64,000 nt of DNA from Antedon mediterranea (Eukaryota > Animalia > Echinodermata), in the NCBI RefSeq assembly GCF_964355755.1, contig NC_092671.1, forward strand, positions 38,822,304 to 38,886,303. Reading direction: 5' to 3'. Below the pieces are notes generated by a model that was given only the letters and a program-made list of their open reading frames with translations, did no database searches and was not told the DNA's origin. This document shows positions 61,752 through 64,000 of the stretch, piece by piece (position 1 is the first letter of the stretch; the number at the start of each line of letters is the position of its first letter). The translations under genes were made by a program, and so were the position numbers.

Positions 61752-64000
61752 GATTAAAAGATGGAATACAACAACTTGTTTGTATAAATACAGCTAATAA
61801 TACTAGCTTTTGTTCGTGAATCAAGGCTCAAGCTCCTAGGGAGAAGCATGCACAAAATACAGCCAGTTGTGTTGTTTCGGGATGATGATGCTACCGCCGC
61901 CGCGCCGCGCGAGATGGATAAAAATACCAGCGTGCTTTGTTTGATAGAGGGCTCACCTCCATATACCACCAGAAGAAGTTTTATTTTTTTGGTGAAAATT
62001 GTTGTTTTATTATTTGCCATTGTTTTGTGTACCACATTATAAAACAAACATTTGTTATACCTACATACCGAGAAAATAAAATACAGTACGTAAAACGAGT
62101 AAATACAGGATAATCTCACAATTTTCCAACAAAAACAGACGTTTTCACCATTATACAGTCCAAAGTTGCCGTCATCAACCAATGTGAAATAATAAACAAA
62201 TAATACATAAGTTTTAATATAGATATTTTATTAGGCCATGACTCGTAACAATTTCTTTGATTTTTCAATGTTTTTCTCATTTTCATATTATGTACTTTAT
62301 CTAATTCCATTTTAATATAAGATGTTCTTTTAATGTGATAACTTTTTTATATGTGCAAAATAAAACTGTCACGTTTTATGTTAGCCTATGGTTGTATTGT
62401 CTTTACTGAAAGGAATAAAATTAAATAAATAAATAAATATTTTGGGAAATTTTACACAATTTAGCCTTTGTCTACAATGTAAATTTTCGTTTTATTTAAT
62501 AAAACCCTTGAATGAATGAATGAATGAATATACGTAAGTTCAATCAATCCCACATCGTTTTTATCTACCCATTCAAAGTGGAACAGTCCCACGCGATAAC
62601 AATTGTATTCATAATTGAGCATTGGGCTCGATATGGGATGGCATGCTACGAAACTTCAAACAGAATTTATCATATTTGACCACATATACTCTGAATAATA
62701 ATGTATTTAGTACCTACTTTAGTGGCTAATTCTGTGGTATTTACGTAATAATATAGCAATCTTTGTTATTATTTGTCACGAATCCTGGTATTTTTGTTTG
62801 GCCTGTGCGTCATAATATAATGCATACGACGTCTGTCATTTTAGTCTTACACATTCATCTGAATGATGACTAGGCCAGGACTGTTTTTAAAGCACCTTGG
62901 TATTACTTCGATAATAATACACTTTTGTTTCGTTGCTGTGCAGTGATTTAGCTAATACCTGGTATTCAGACTTTTTTTGCCATTTTTTTTCATTCATTCG
63001 GATCGGATTATTCAGGTTTCATTATTGTTCTTATAAATTTGTAAAGTTGCCCAGCGTGACGTGATAGCCAAAAACGGAAACTGCAATCGTTTCCCAGCAT
63101 TGAAATAGGTGTCGAAACCCGGAAAGACGAACATTGTGTTTTTTACCTTTCGGCGAGTTTCATATTAATATGGATACTTACTTGTTTGGTTTAATTGTGA
63201 CGACAATTTTACTTTTATGTAAAAATTCAGTCGTCTTGTCCAAAGAAGAAGAACAGCACTTATGTAGGTAAGTCAATGAGACAGAGGCCTTAGGATCAGA
63301 TCAACTGTCAATACTGTGTAAGAATGTGTCCAGGAAGAGTCTAATATTGACACATCGAATAGTTCTATCAATGACATCAACTTTAAGTAAGCCTATACTA
63401 CCCCCAAAGGGGTGTATGATATTATTTATAAAGGAGGGTATAGGGGTAATGATGTCAACGCAATGTAGAATTGTTAAGAAAATCGTTATATGACCTGATA
63501 TGCAGACTCAATTCAAGTGAAAATGTTTTAGTCTCAACGATTATAGGCAAGTCTTGTATAAGTCAAAAATGCTCTCTAGGTGGAATGCTATCCTGAGATG
63601 AGTATTAGTTATTTGTCTACGGTTTATTTTTAATTCATTTATATGTAATTTATCTATGGACCAGAGATTACGAAATAAAAGATTGAATGAATGAATTATT
63701 TCTAATCTCTTAAAAGGTTGTATTAGGCCACATGTCAGCCAAGTTTTTCGATTTTCTTAAGTTGTCAGATCATTCAGTTTTAGTTCTTAATACTAATTAT
63801 TTTAGGTGGTATACCCCCGGGTATACCTTTATAATGACCACAGTATCACCCATTGAAAGGCGAGTATACAAATTAATGACTCACCGAAATTCCTTTATAC
63901 AAATTAATGATCGTACCTCACTGTCAACCAAAAACCATCGCAAACGGATTACGGTGATTAAGATCGTCGTATGACACATAGATTTGAAAGTATACCCTCG

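Overview
AT-rich, intron-rich animal (invertebrate, probably deuterostome-like) genomic DNA, not prokaryotic. Four spliced protein-coding genes lie in tandem on the minus strand: the 5' half of TBC1D5 (runs off the window start), complete INO80D (~990 aa, with one U12-type intron), complete WDR37 (~481-495 aa) and a catalytically intact, intron-poor ADAR2-type A-to-I RNA editase (~678 aa). I rebuilt the exons by hand from GT/AG sites and reading-frame phase. Introns carry many non-autonomous mobile elements: ~19 copies of a PIF/Harbinger-type MITE, TTAA-flanked (Kolobok-like) MITEs, at least three tRNA-derived SINE families, a Rex1/Babar LINE fragment and Helentron-type elements. Most notable: (1) two minimal hammerhead-ribozyme motifs attached to ~70-bp tandem repeats, in sense orientation in introns of TBC1D5 and ADAR; (2) a three-layer nested stack of Helentron-type elements with at least 10 perfect CRE sites in ADAR intron 1; (3) strand-specific RNA duplexes in the ADAR transcript that could be auto-editing substrates; (4) a P-element-like excision footprint. 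Family names come from recalled motifs, not database searches.
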